A stretch of 40,530 nt of DNA from an uncultured Planctomycetales bacterium. GTDB lineage: Bacteria; Omnitrophota; Gorgyraeia; Zapsychrales; Zapsychraceae. The notes under the pieces were generated by a model. The model had not been told where the DNA came from and did no database searches. It was given only the letters and a program-made list of their open reading frames with translations. Where the stretch lies: NCBI GenBank assembly GCA_964541845.1, contig CAZIRV010000002.1, positions 1-40,530 of the forward strand. Direction: 5' to 3'. The position numbers and the translations under genes were made by a program. Shown here in pieces: positions 8,767-16,142 of this stretch. How positions within the stretch are numbered: the first letter of the stretch is position 1; every line of letters begins with the position of its first letter.

Positions 8767-10041
8767 ATGGATATTAAATTAGATAGAGAACATCTTAAAG
8801 GGTTCATTGAAGAAAGGGATTATGAAAATCTTTTGCCGGCTATTGAGAAAGCGCATGACGATTTAGAAAATAAAACAGGTAAAGGTGCGGAGTTTACGGG
8901 TTGGCTTGATCTTCCTCAGAAAACAGAAGATAGTTTTTTAGATGAACTTACGCAATTAGGGGAAGAGGTTCGGCAAAATTCTGACTGTTTAATTAGTATT
9001 GGGATTGGAGGATCTTATGTTGGTGTTCACGCGACATTGGAGTTTCTTATTGGGGAACAAAAGCTTCCTGTTTATTATGCAGGGCATAATTTGAGCTCAG
9101 GGTACTTGTATCATTTATTAGAAAAATTGAAAGATAAGAGGATAACCGTGGTTGTGATTTCAAAATCAGGAACAACCACAGAACCGGCCTTAGCCTTTCG
9201 TGTTGTAAAAAAATTTATGCGGGAAAAATATTCACCAGAAGAATTGAAGGAGCGTATTATTTGTATTACAGACGCAAATAAGGGGGCTTTAAAGACGATT
9301 GCTGATCGGGAAGGGTTCAGGACGTACGCTATTAATGATGATGTCGGCGGGAGGTTTTCTGTTTTAACATCAGCGGGGCTGGTTCCATTAGCTATTGCCG
9401 GCATTAATATTAAAGAGCTTATCAAAGGCTCGCGTAAGGCGCAGGAGCATTGTTCCATAATGAATTTAGACACTAATATCGCGTATCAATATGCGGCAGC
9501 ACGCTTTATTCTTCAAGGGAAAGGAAAAGATATTGAGGTGTTATCGACATTTTATCGGCGCTTGACATTAGTTGACGAATGGTGGAAGCAGCTTTTTGGA
9601 GAGAGTGAGGGCAAAGAAGGCAAGGGGATTTTTCCAACATCATTAAATTTTACAATGGATCTTCATTCAATGGGGCAGCTTATTCAGGAAGGCCAGAGGA
9701 ACATGTTCGAAACTTTTTTAGTTGTTGAAAATTCAGGGCAGGAAATGATTATTCCGGAAGATTCTGATGATTTGGATAATTTTAACTGTGTGGCAGGAAA
9801 GGGTTTGGATTACGTGAATAAACGGGCATACAGGGCAACAGCTATGGCCCATTATGAAGGCGGGGTTCCAAATATGACTATTACAATAGCGCGGTTTGAC
9901 GCTAATTCTCTTGGGCAATTATATTATTTTTTCGAAAAAGCCGTAGCAATAAGGGGATATCTTTTAGGGGTTAATCCGTTTAACCAGCCAGGAGTAGAGG
10001 CATATAAGAATAAGATGTTTGAGTTGTTGGGGAGGAAGTGA
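8767..10041 (+). CDS. pgi: Glucose-6-phosphate isomerase
   Basis: The PGI signatures ISKSGTTTEP and DDVGGRFSVLTSAG are present, and the size is typical of the short bacterial type. Confidence 0.9.
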   Translation: MDIKLDREHLKGFIEERDYENLLPAIEKAHDDLENKTGKGAEFTGWLDLPQKTEDSFLDELTQLGEEVRQNSDCLISIGIGGSYVGVHATLEFLIGEQKLPVYYAGHNLSSGYLYHLLEKLKDKRITVVVISKSGTTTEPALAFRVVKKFMREKYSPEELKERIICITDANKGALKTIADREGFRTYAINDDVGGRFSVLTSAGLVPLAIAGINIKELIKGSRKAQEHCSIMNLDTNIAYQYAAARFILQGKGKDIEVLSTFYRRLTLVDEWWKQLFGESEGKEGKGIFPTSLNFTMDLHSMGQLIQEGQRNMFETFLVVENSGQEMIIPEDSDDLDNFNCVAGKGLDYVNKRAYRATAMAHYEGGVPNMTITIARFDANSLGQLYYFFEKAVAIRGYLLGVNPFNQPGVEAYKNKMFELLGRK

Positions 10042-10058
10042 GGGTATTTAAATAAAAA

Positions 10059-10091
10059 CGGCACCCTGTTTCATATCCGGGCGCCGATTTT
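10059..10091 (+). terminator. Probable intrinsic terminator after pgi
   Basis: A GC-rich stem CGGCACCC/GGGCGCCG with one mismatch is followed by ATTTTA. Confidence 0.5.
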
Positions 10092-10248
10092 ATAAGGTGA
10101 TAGGCCTTGAACATGCTTTCGCTATCAAACTATCCTCCCTATTCAATCATTAGTATGCCATAAAATGAGAGAAATTTCAAGGGGGAGGGATCCTAAAAAT
10201 TAGGGAAATCATTTTTACTTAAAGCCTGATTGACAACCTTAAAGTTGT

Positions 10249-10779
10249 GTGTTAAAAAAATTTATGCCTAAGAAGAATGTTAGAAAAATAATTATTGGTT
10301 TGGTTTTAATTGTTTTTGGAGTCGGTCTTTTCGCGACAGCCGTATTTTATTATTTAGAAGTTAAGCCGGAATTAGCCAAAAGGGAGCAGATTAAGGTTAA
10401 AAAGATTAAGGCCAAAGAGACTAAAATTGAACAGAGAGTTTTGGCGAGTCAAAAGGAAGGTTCATTTTCGGGTTCTGGTGCTTCAGATGGCGTTAGCCTT
10501 AAAAGACTTGTAGCACAATCGGAAGAAATCTACGGTAAAAACGAAAAGAGTCGAAAAGAAGGATTTTTGTGGGTTGACCAGCAGGCTTCACAATATGTTG
10601 TTACGTTAGGGGCGATCAATAATTTATTCCCAGGCGATTATTTAACTGTTTACGATGGGGATAAAAAAATAGGTCAGGTTAAAGTCGAATCCTCGTTTGA
10701 TATTATTTCTTACGTTCAGCCTCTTGAGAAGATAAATAGAATTTTTCAAAAAGATTATTATCGTGTTGTTATTGAGTAG
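10249..10779 (+). CDS. Hypothetical membrane-anchored protein
   Basis: It has one N-terminal TM (IIIGLVLIVFGVGLFATAVFYYL), a charged linker and a C-terminal beta-rich domain. No motif is recognised. The start may instead be ATG 10264, which sits 6 nt after a TGnTAAAAA extended -10 with TTGACA at 10230-10235. Confidence 0.6.
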   Translation: MLKKFMPKKNVRKIIIGLVLIVFGVGLFATAVFYYLEVKPELAKREQIKVKKIKAKETKIEQRVLASQKEGSFSGSGASDGVSLKRLVAQSEEIYGKNEKSRKEGFLWVDQQASQYVVTLGAINNLFPGDYLTVYDGDKKIGQVKVESSFDIISYVQPLEKINRIFQKDYYRVVIE

Positions 10780-10817
10780 GGGGCGATTGGTTGCCTGTAT
10801 GATTAAGGAGATTTTTT

Positions 10818-11009
10818 ATGTGGAATATGGGGATGCCGGAAATTATTTTTATTGCTTTGGCAATTATTGTTCTTTTTGGGGCAAAAAAACTTCCGGAAAT
10901 TGGAAGTTCATTAGGTAAGGCCATTCGAGAGTTTAAGAAAGCAGGGAAGGAAATTCAGGATGATGTAAAAAAAGTTGTTGAAGATAAGGATGATGAGCGA
11001 AAATCCTAG
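10818..11009 (+). CDS. tatA: Twin-arginine translocase subunit TatA/E
   Basis: The protein has a TM helix followed by FGAKKLPE, an amphipathic helix and an acidic tail. An AAGGAG SD lies 7 nt upstream. Confidence 0.9.
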   Translation: MWNMGMPEIIFIALAIIVLFGAKKLPEIGSSLGKAIREFKKAGKEIQDDVKKVVEDKDDERKS

Positions 11010-11709
11010 GCATCTTTCTTGGGGGGGGCATCTGGATGAATTGCGTGGACGGTTACTTAAGATTATTATTACAGTAGTCTTAATGTCGATTATTGTTTAC
11101 AGATTTATTGATAAAATTTTAGTTTTTATTATTAAGCCTGTTGGGCAATTAGTGTTCACATCTCCTGCCGATGCGTTTCTGGCACGCATTACACTTGTTT
11201 TTTTTGTTGGTTTATTTTTATCATTTCCTGTTACACTTTATCAAATCTGGAAGTTTGTTGCGGTCGGATTAAAACAAACAGAGATTAAATATGTTTATTT
11301 TTTTGGACCGTGTTCGTTTTTTCTTTTTGTTTTGGGTGGCCTATTTGCTTATTTCATCACGATTCCTATTTCGATCCGATTTCTTTTAAGCTTTTCTTCT
11401 GATTTTATTGTTCCCATGATTACCATTAAGAGTTACATTTCTTTTATTGGAACCATGATTCTTGCTTTTGGCGTTGTTTTTGAATTACCATTAGTATTGA
11501 TGTTTTTAACAAAAATTGGCATAGCGACTCCCGATTTTTTGGCACAAAAACGAAGATATGCGGTTGTTTTAATCCTCATTGTTAGTGCCATCATTACACC
11601 TCCGGATATAATTACGCAGTTAATTATGGCCGGACCGTTGATAGTTTTGTATGAAGTTGGCATCCTTGTTTCAAGGATAACATATAGGGAAGGAAGAGAA
11701 TCAGTATAA
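10990..11709 (+). CDS. tatC: Twin-arginine translocase subunit TatC
   Basis: It has the HLDELRGRL N-terminal motif and six predicted TM segments. The start is uncertain (10975, 10990 or 10993) and overlaps the tatA end. Confidence 0.88.
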   Translation: MMSENPRHLSWGGHLDELRGRLLKIIITVVLMSIIVYRFIDKILVFIIKPVGQLVFTSPADAFLARITLVFFVGLFLSFPVTLYQIWKFVAVGLKQTEIKYVYFFGPCSFFLFVLGGLFAYFITIPISIRFLLSFSSDFIVPMITIKSYISFIGTMILAFGVVFELPLVLMFLTKIGIATPDFLAQKRRYAVVLILIVSAIITPPDIITQLIMAGPLIVLYEVGILVSRITYREGRESV

Positions 11710-11767
11710 TCAGGATCTGCCCATAAATAATCTGGACAATTTTATGCGCAGATCCTTAGGAGGGGAT

Positions 11768-12013
11768 ATGGATATTTCAGAATCAAAAGATCTTTTGCGG
11801 GATAAGAAGGTGGTTGAAGCTATTAATAAACATCTTTGGATTGAAAGCCAAAAGGCTGGGTATAGTATTGGAATTGAACGGGCTACTGAGGAGTGGTTGA
11901 GATTATACGCATTAGAATGGATGAAATATAATATGGTCGATCGGTATGCGCAAATAAAGAGAAAAAAAAGGGTTAAAAAAGCTGCTTTAAAAAAAGTCAG
12001 GGTTTGTAAATAA
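11768..12013 (+). CDS. Small hypothetical protein with basic K/R-rich C-terminal tail
   Basis: The ORF has an SD (AGGAGG, 11758-11763) before ATG 11768. It has a helical core (NKHLWIESQKAGYSIGIERATEEWL) and the tail KRKKRVKKAALKKVRVCK. I cannot assign a family. Confidence 0.6.
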   Translation: MDISESKDLLRDKKVVEAINKHLWIESQKAGYSIGIERATEEWLRLYALEWMKYNMVDRYAQIKRKKRVKKAALKKVRVCK

Positions 12014-12102
12014 TACTAATTCCATTAAATAAGTACTCATTTAAAAAGCTTACTTACTCGCAAAAACGTCGAGGTAAGTAAAATTAAATCAGGAATTAAT
12101 AC
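12013..12102 (+). repeat. Family-1 hairpin element, X subtype
   Basis: The arms are ATACTAATTCCATTAAATAAG and CAGGAATTAATAC. The inner stem is CTTACTTACTCG/CGAGGTAAGTAA and the loop is CAAAAACGT. It abuts the stop codon of the upstream gene. Confidence 0.85.
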
Positions 12103-12203
12103 CAAATTCATTAAATAATTGCTCTATTTTAAGGTTGCTGTGTCTCGTTGAATCGTCGAGACAAGCAAAATGAATTTTGGTCATTATTTAATGAAATTGG
12201 TAT
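12099..12203 (+). repeat. Family-1 hairpin element, Y subtype (copy Y1)
   Basis: The arms are ATACCAAATTCATTAAATAATT and CATTATTTAATGAAATTGGTAT. The inner stem is TTGCTGTGTCTCG/CGAGACAAGCAA and the loop is TTGAATCGT. It differs from 38781-38885 at 6 of 105 nt. Confidence 0.9.
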
Positions 12204-12235
12204 AACCGGGACATTTTAACTTATTTGATCAATGA

Positions 12236-12249
12236 TGCTCTGCGCTATA
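12236..12249 (-). repeat. Solo terminal fragment of the family-2 element
   Basis: TGCTCTGCGCTATA is the exact reverse complement of the first 14 nt of the 95-nt element. Confidence 0.5.
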
Positions 12250-12279
12250 TTAAGGATGAATTGAGAAATATTTTATAAT

Positions 12280-12316
12280 AAAAAAACCCTCCGAGTTATC
12301 GCAGAGGGTTTTTTTA
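12280..12316. terminator. Bidirectional intrinsic terminator
   Basis: AAAAAAA-CCCTC..loop..GAGGG-TTTTTTT has an A-run and a T-run flanking a GC stem. It lies 3' of the minus-strand lysine-rich gene and of the plus-strand gene at 11768-12013. Confidence 0.7.
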
Positions 12317-12332
12317 CTGGAGAAATCTTAAG

Positions 12333-12503
12333 TTATTTTTTCTTTTTGGTTGCTTTTTTCTTCACAACCTTTTTAGTCGCTTTTTTTACAGCTTTTTTTT
12401 TCACAACCTTTTTAGTTGCTTTCTTCACAACTTTTTTTGGAACAGCTTTTTTGGTCACTTTTTTTTTGACAACTTTTTTTGTTGTTTTCTTTTTGATTGG
12501 CAT
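12333..12503 (-). CDS. Lysine-rich histone H1/Hc1-like small basic protein (56 aa), absent from the ORF track
   Basis: Hand translation of the minus strand gives MPIKKKTTKKVVKKKVTKKAVPKKVVKKATKKVVKKKAVKKATKKVVKKKATKKKK*. The SD AAGGAGG lies 7 nt upstream of the ATG (start codon 12501-12503), the stop is TAA and a terminator follows. The plus-strand F/T-rich ORF at 12346..12537 is its mirror image. Confidence 0.75.
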   Translation of the reverse strand: MPIKKKTTKKVVKKKVTKKAVPKKVVKKATKKVVKKKAVKKATKKVVKKKATKKKK

Positions 12504-12729
12504 TAAGTATCCTCCTTTGCAAAAAGATTTTTTATAACAATTAAATTAATAATAACATAGAGTTTTTTTGATGCAAAAAATAATTAAGTTATTTATCAGA
12601 TAAAATAAAAAAATATTTGTAATGATTGTGCCGGATTCCCGACGAGATTTTTAATATTGGCCTGGTGAAATTTTTTTTTTAAAAAACAAAATTAAAAACA
12701 ATCAGTAATTAATATTAAAAATTTTCAAA

Positions 12730-13833
12730 ATGACAACTCTTTACATCCATATTCCATTTTGCAGACATAAATGTTTTTATTGTTCTTTTGTTGTTTCCGT
12801 CGGACAAGAAGAAAAAATAGGTCTGTACTTAGATTGTTTAAAAAAAGAAATGCAATGGTTTAAGGATACAAAAATTAAGTCTATTTATATCGGAGGGGGG
12901 ACCCCAACATTGTTAAGTACAAAATATATCGAAATATTGGCGCGTATGATTAAAGAAAATTTTCTTTTTGAAGAGGGTATTGAGTGGACAATAGAGGCCA
13001 ACCCCGACGGAATAAATGTAGAAAAAATTAAAATTTTAACAAGGGTTGGGATTAATCGTGTAAGTTTAGGAATTCAGTCATTGCAAAATAAATATTTAAA
13101 ATTTTTAGGAAGAAATCATGATCAACACAAAGCAAAGGATATTTTTTATTTGTTAAGGGACAAAGGGATAGAAAATATTAATTTAGATTTGATGTATGAT
13201 TTTCCAAATCAAACGATGGGTGAATTACAGCAAGATGTTCAAGAGGTTGTAAAGTTGGGAAGTGAACATTTATCTTTATACGCGTTAACGCCTGAAGAAG
13301 GGAGTCGGTTTTATACAAAAAAAATTTTTCTTTCAGATAATCAATCACAAACAGAAAAATATATTTTTGTCACAAAGTTTCTTGAGGATCATGGGTTGAA
13401 TCAATATGAGGTAAGTAATTTTTCTAAAGAAGGAAAAGAGTCGGAACATAATAAACATTATTGGTTAGGGGGAGGCTACATTGGACTGGGTGTTGGGGCC
13501 CACTCATATATTAAAGGGAAGCGTTACTGGAATGTTTCACGTTTGACGAAATATATTAAAGGGATTAAGGAGGGAATATCTGTGGTTGATGGGAGTGAAT
13601 TTTTAACTGAAGAGCAGAGGTTAATAGAAAATTTATTGTTTAGATTGAGGATGAATCAAGGGGTTGATGTCTCTTTTATTGAAAAAAAATTTCAGTGTTC
13701 TATAGGAGAAGAACGGAAGCTCTGTATTAAAAGATTTGTAAAAAACGGGTTTCTTGAGCAAGAGGGAGTATTTGTAAAAACGACTTTGAAGGGAAGGCTG
13801 GTTTTAGATGAGCTAAGTATTAAATTAATATAA
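12730..13833 (+). CDS. hemW: Radical SAM heme chaperone / oxygen-independent coproporphyrinogen oxidase-like protein
   Basis: It has the CxxxCxxC motif (FCRHKCFYCSF) and GGGTP, and its length of about 367 aa is typical of HemW rather than HemN. Confidence 0.85.
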   Translation: MTTLYIHIPFCRHKCFYCSFVVSVGQEEKIGLYLDCLKKEMQWFKDTKIKSIYIGGGTPTLLSTKYIEILARMIKENFLFEEGIEWTIEANPDGINVEKIKILTRVGINRVSLGIQSLQNKYLKFLGRNHDQHKAKDIFYLLRDKGIENINLDLMYDFPNQTMGELQQDVQEVVKLGSEHLSLYALTPEEGSRFYTKKIFLSDNQSQTEKYIFVTKFLEDHGLNQYEVSNFSKEGKESEHNKHYWLGGGYIGLGVGAHSYIKGKRYWNVSRLTKYIKGIKEGISVVDGSEFLTEEQRLIENLLFRLRMNQGVDVSFIEKKFQCSIGEERKLCIKRFVKNGFLEQEGVFVKTTLKGRLVLDELSIKLI

Positions 13834-13888
13834 TAATTTGTTTTTTTCTTGTTGAAGAGAAATGAACACGGTAAAATAAATAAAATTG

Positions 13889-14040
13889 GTAACCGTTCAC
13901 GCCTTCATTGTGTCATTGCGAGAAGCCAATCAATTAATCAGGGTGACGAAGCAATCTTGGGTCAGCATAAAAGATTGCCGCGTCGGCTTGAATATTTTGA
14001 ATGCCTTCTCGCAATGACACAGAGAGGCGTGAACGGTTAC
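13889..14040. repeat. 152-nt nested palindromic element
   Basis: The outer arms are GTAACCGTTCACGCC and GGCGTGAACGGTTAC. A perfect 16-bp stem is formed by GTGTCATTGCGAGAAG and CTTCTCGCAATGACAC. An inner hairpin is formed by GCAATCTT and AAGATTGC. Confidence 0.85.
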
Positions 14041-14051
14041 GAATTTTTATT

Positions 14052-14079
14052 GTAGGGGGCATACACTCTGTGCCCCTAC
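14052..14079. repeat. GC-rich hairpin GTAGGGGGCA..TGCCCCTAC
   Basis: The stem is read directly from the sequence and lies immediately 3' of the 152-nt element. Confidence 0.7.
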
Positions 14080-14117
14080 GAACCGTACTGTTACGTAAAC
14101 GGGTAAAATTAGCATAA

Positions 14118-14483
14118 ATGAAAAAAATTCTTGTTGTTGATGATGACCGGATTCAAATAAGGCTTCTGGAAGGGGTTCTGGGGGATAGTGGGTATAAAGT
14201 TACTACAGCCTGTGAAGCGGCCGAAGGTCTGCAGTTAGCCATGGACAGTGGGCCTGATTTGATTATTCTTGATGTGATGATGCCTATTATTAATGGTTAT
14301 AATTTTTGTCGTCTGCTTAAATCAGAAGAACAACAAAAGCACATTCCTATTATTTTTCTTACTTCAAGAGATGAAGAAGATGATATTCAAATTGGCCGTG
14401 AGATGGGGGCAGAGGCTTATCTTACTAAACCTGTGAATGTAGGGGAGTTATTAGAGAAGATAAAAGATTTAATTCAAAAATGA
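14118..14483 (+). CDS. Single-domain response regulator (CheY-like receiver)
   Basis: The DD pair, phospho-Asp in LDVMMP, T in LTS and K in TKP are all present. There is no output domain. Confidence 0.9.
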   Translation: MKKILVVDDDRIQIRLLEGVLGDSGYKVTTACEAAEGLQLAMDSGPDLIILDVMMPIINGYNFCRLLKSEEQQKHIPIIFLTSRDEEDDIQIGREMGAEAYLTKPVNVGELLEKIKDLIQK

Positions 14484-15277
14484 TTCCTTTCTTTGAACAT
14501 ATTGGTAGAACTTGTAAATGTTGGGTATCAGTAGTCTTTGATTTTTTCCGCCTTTTTTTGGAAACGGCCTATTGGACCGTTGCCAGCCCTTTTAAGAAAA
14601 AACCACTCTATTTTAAATCTATATTGGAACAAATGGTTTTTATGGGGGTTAACTCTATTATCATTGTTTTTTTTGTTATTTTTTTTACGGGGGTTGTATT
14701 AGCGATGCAGTCCGCGCCCCAGCTACGTCAAATGGGAGCGGTTTTTTATGTGGCCGGGTTAGTAAGTGTTTCGATTTGTCGAGAGTTGGGCCCTGTCTTA
14801 ACGGCGCTGGTTATTGCGGGACGCATTGGAGCGGCGATTACGGCAGAAATTGGTTCCATGAAGGTTAATGAACAGATTGAAGCCCTTGATACTATGGCGA
14901 TCAATCCGATACGGTATTTAGTTGTTCCAAAGTTTTTGGCCTTATTGATCATGCTTCCTTGTTTAACAATTATTGGAGATGCATCCGGAATACTGGGGGG
15001 GTATCTTATTGGTATTGGAAATTTAAAAATCAACTCGGGGTTGTATATACAAACAGCGGTGAAATTTTTAACGATGAAAGATATTTATACAGGGCTATCC
15101 AAGTCATTTGTTTTTGCCATGATCATTACGATGGTTGGCGCGTATCAAGGGTTAAAAACACGTGGAGGAGCAGTGGGGGTAGGGCGTGCTACAACAAACA
15201 GTGTGGTCGCAAGCTTTATTCTGATTATTGTCGCGGATTGTATTTTAACCGCGATCTATTTTTTTTCGGATTATTAA
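14480..15277 (+). CDS. mlaE: Mla-type ABC transporter permease
   Basis: It is a multi-TM permease of the MlaE/YrbE/Ttg2B type. It sits directly upstream of the cognate ATPase and the MCE protein, and its start overlaps the receiver stop (ATGA). Confidence 0.85.
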   Translation: MIPFFEHIGRTCKCWVSVVFDFFRLFLETAYWTVASPFKKKPLYFKSILEQMVFMGVNSIIIVFFVIFFTGVVLAMQSAPQLRQMGAVFYVAGLVSVSICRELGPVLTALVIAGRIGAAITAEIGSMKVNEQIEALDTMAINPIRYLVVPKFLALLIMLPCLTIIGDASGILGGYLIGIGNLKINSGLYIQTAVKFLTMKDIYTGLSKSFVFAMIITMVGAYQGLKTRGGAVGVGRATTNSVVASFILIIVADCILTAIYFFSDY

Positions 15278-15280
15278 ATT

Positions 15281-16039
15281 ATGCATACACCAGCCCTATG
15301 CGTTAAAAATATTAAAAAAATTTTTGGAGAAAGGACTGTTTTAGATGATGTCTCTCTTGAGGTCCATAAGGGAGAGACGTTTGTGATTATGGGAGGATCA
15401 GGGAGTGGAAAGAGCACTTTATTAAGGATTATGGCTGGAGGGATTATTCCCAATGTCGGTGAGGTTTATTTTAATGGAAATAATGTGGGCGTTTTGAGTC
15501 AGGAGGAAAAGGAAAAAGTAAAACAAAAATTCGGCATGAGTTTTCAATCAGCAGCATTATTGGATTTTTTAAGTGTCGAGGAAAATGTGAGCCTTCCTTT
15601 AAGAGAACATACGAGGTTAAGTGATAAAATTATTAGTATTATTGCGCGGATGAAATTAAATTTGGTTGGTCTTCAAGGGTTTGAGAACTATTTGCCAAGC
15701 ATGCTTTCCGGGGGGATGAAAAAGCGTGTGGGATTAGCGCGTGCGATTGCGATGGACCCGGAAATCGTGTTTTATGATGAACCAACGGCTGGATTGGACC
15801 CTGTTGCCTGCGCGATGGTAGATCAATTGATTTTAGATTTAACAAAGAAGTTAAAACTAACATCAATAGTAGTGACACATAATATGGAAAGTGTTTTTCG
15901 GATTGCAGATCGTGTCGCCATGCTTTATCAGGGAAGACTTTTAGAAGTAGGAACTCCAAAACAAATAAAAAATTCTTCTAATGCCATTGTTCAGCAGTTT
16001 ATTAATGGAAATATTGAAGGCCCTATACAATTAGGGTGA
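15281..16039 (+). CDS. mlaF: Mla-type ABC transporter ATP-binding protein
   Basis: It has Walker A GGSGSGKST, signature LSGGMKKR and Walker B VFYDEPTAGLD. Confidence 0.9.
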   Translation: MHTPALCVKNIKKIFGERTVLDDVSLEVHKGETFVIMGGSGSGKSTLLRIMAGGIIPNVGEVYFNGNNVGVLSQEEKEKVKQKFGMSFQSAALLDFLSVEENVSLPLREHTRLSDKIISIIARMKLNLVGLQGFENYLPSMLSGGMKKRVGLARAIAMDPEIVFYDEPTAGLDPVACAMVDQLILDLTKKLKLTSIVVTHNMESVFRIADRVAMLYQGRLLEVGTPKQIKNSSNAIVQQFINGNIEGPIQLG

Positions 16040-16050
16040 ATAAGTTTTTT

Positions 16051-16116
16051 CCCCTTTGGAAAAGGGGGGATTTGTACAGGATAAATTGTAGAGACGCAAG
16101 ATTTTGCGTCTCTACA
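16051..16116 (+). repeat. Two hairpins inside the mlaF-mlaD spacer
   Basis: The first is CCCCTTT-gga-AAAGGGG (16051-16067). The second is a perfect 13-bp stem TGTAGAGACGCAA-gatt-TTGCGTCTCTACA (16087-16116). No T-tract follows either. Confidence 0.8.
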
Positions 16117-16142
16117 GGTCAATCCCTTGTGGAGGATAATGA

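Noticed and set aside
12013-12203. Whether the recurring hairpins could be a CRISPR array, integron attC sites or retron msr/msd.
   Set aside because: The copies are dispersed over 28 kb rather than regularly spaced with unique spacers. No cas, intI or reverse transcriptase gene is present. The flanking genes are housekeeping genes rather than cassettes. The elements lack the GTTRRRY/RYYYAAC attC ends.
12346-12537. Plus-strand 63-aa ORF rich in Phe and Thr (MVAFFFTTFLVAFF...).
   Set aside because: It is the antisense reading of the lysine-rich AAA/AAG-repeat gene. It has no SD and implausible composition. The minus-strand gene has a consensus SD, an ATG, a TAA stop and a terminator.
13849-14055. 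68-aa ORF (MLKRNEHGKINKIGNRSRLHCVIARSQ...).
   Set aside because: It lies entirely within the 152-nt nested palindrome, so it is a translation of repeat DNA. It has no SD.
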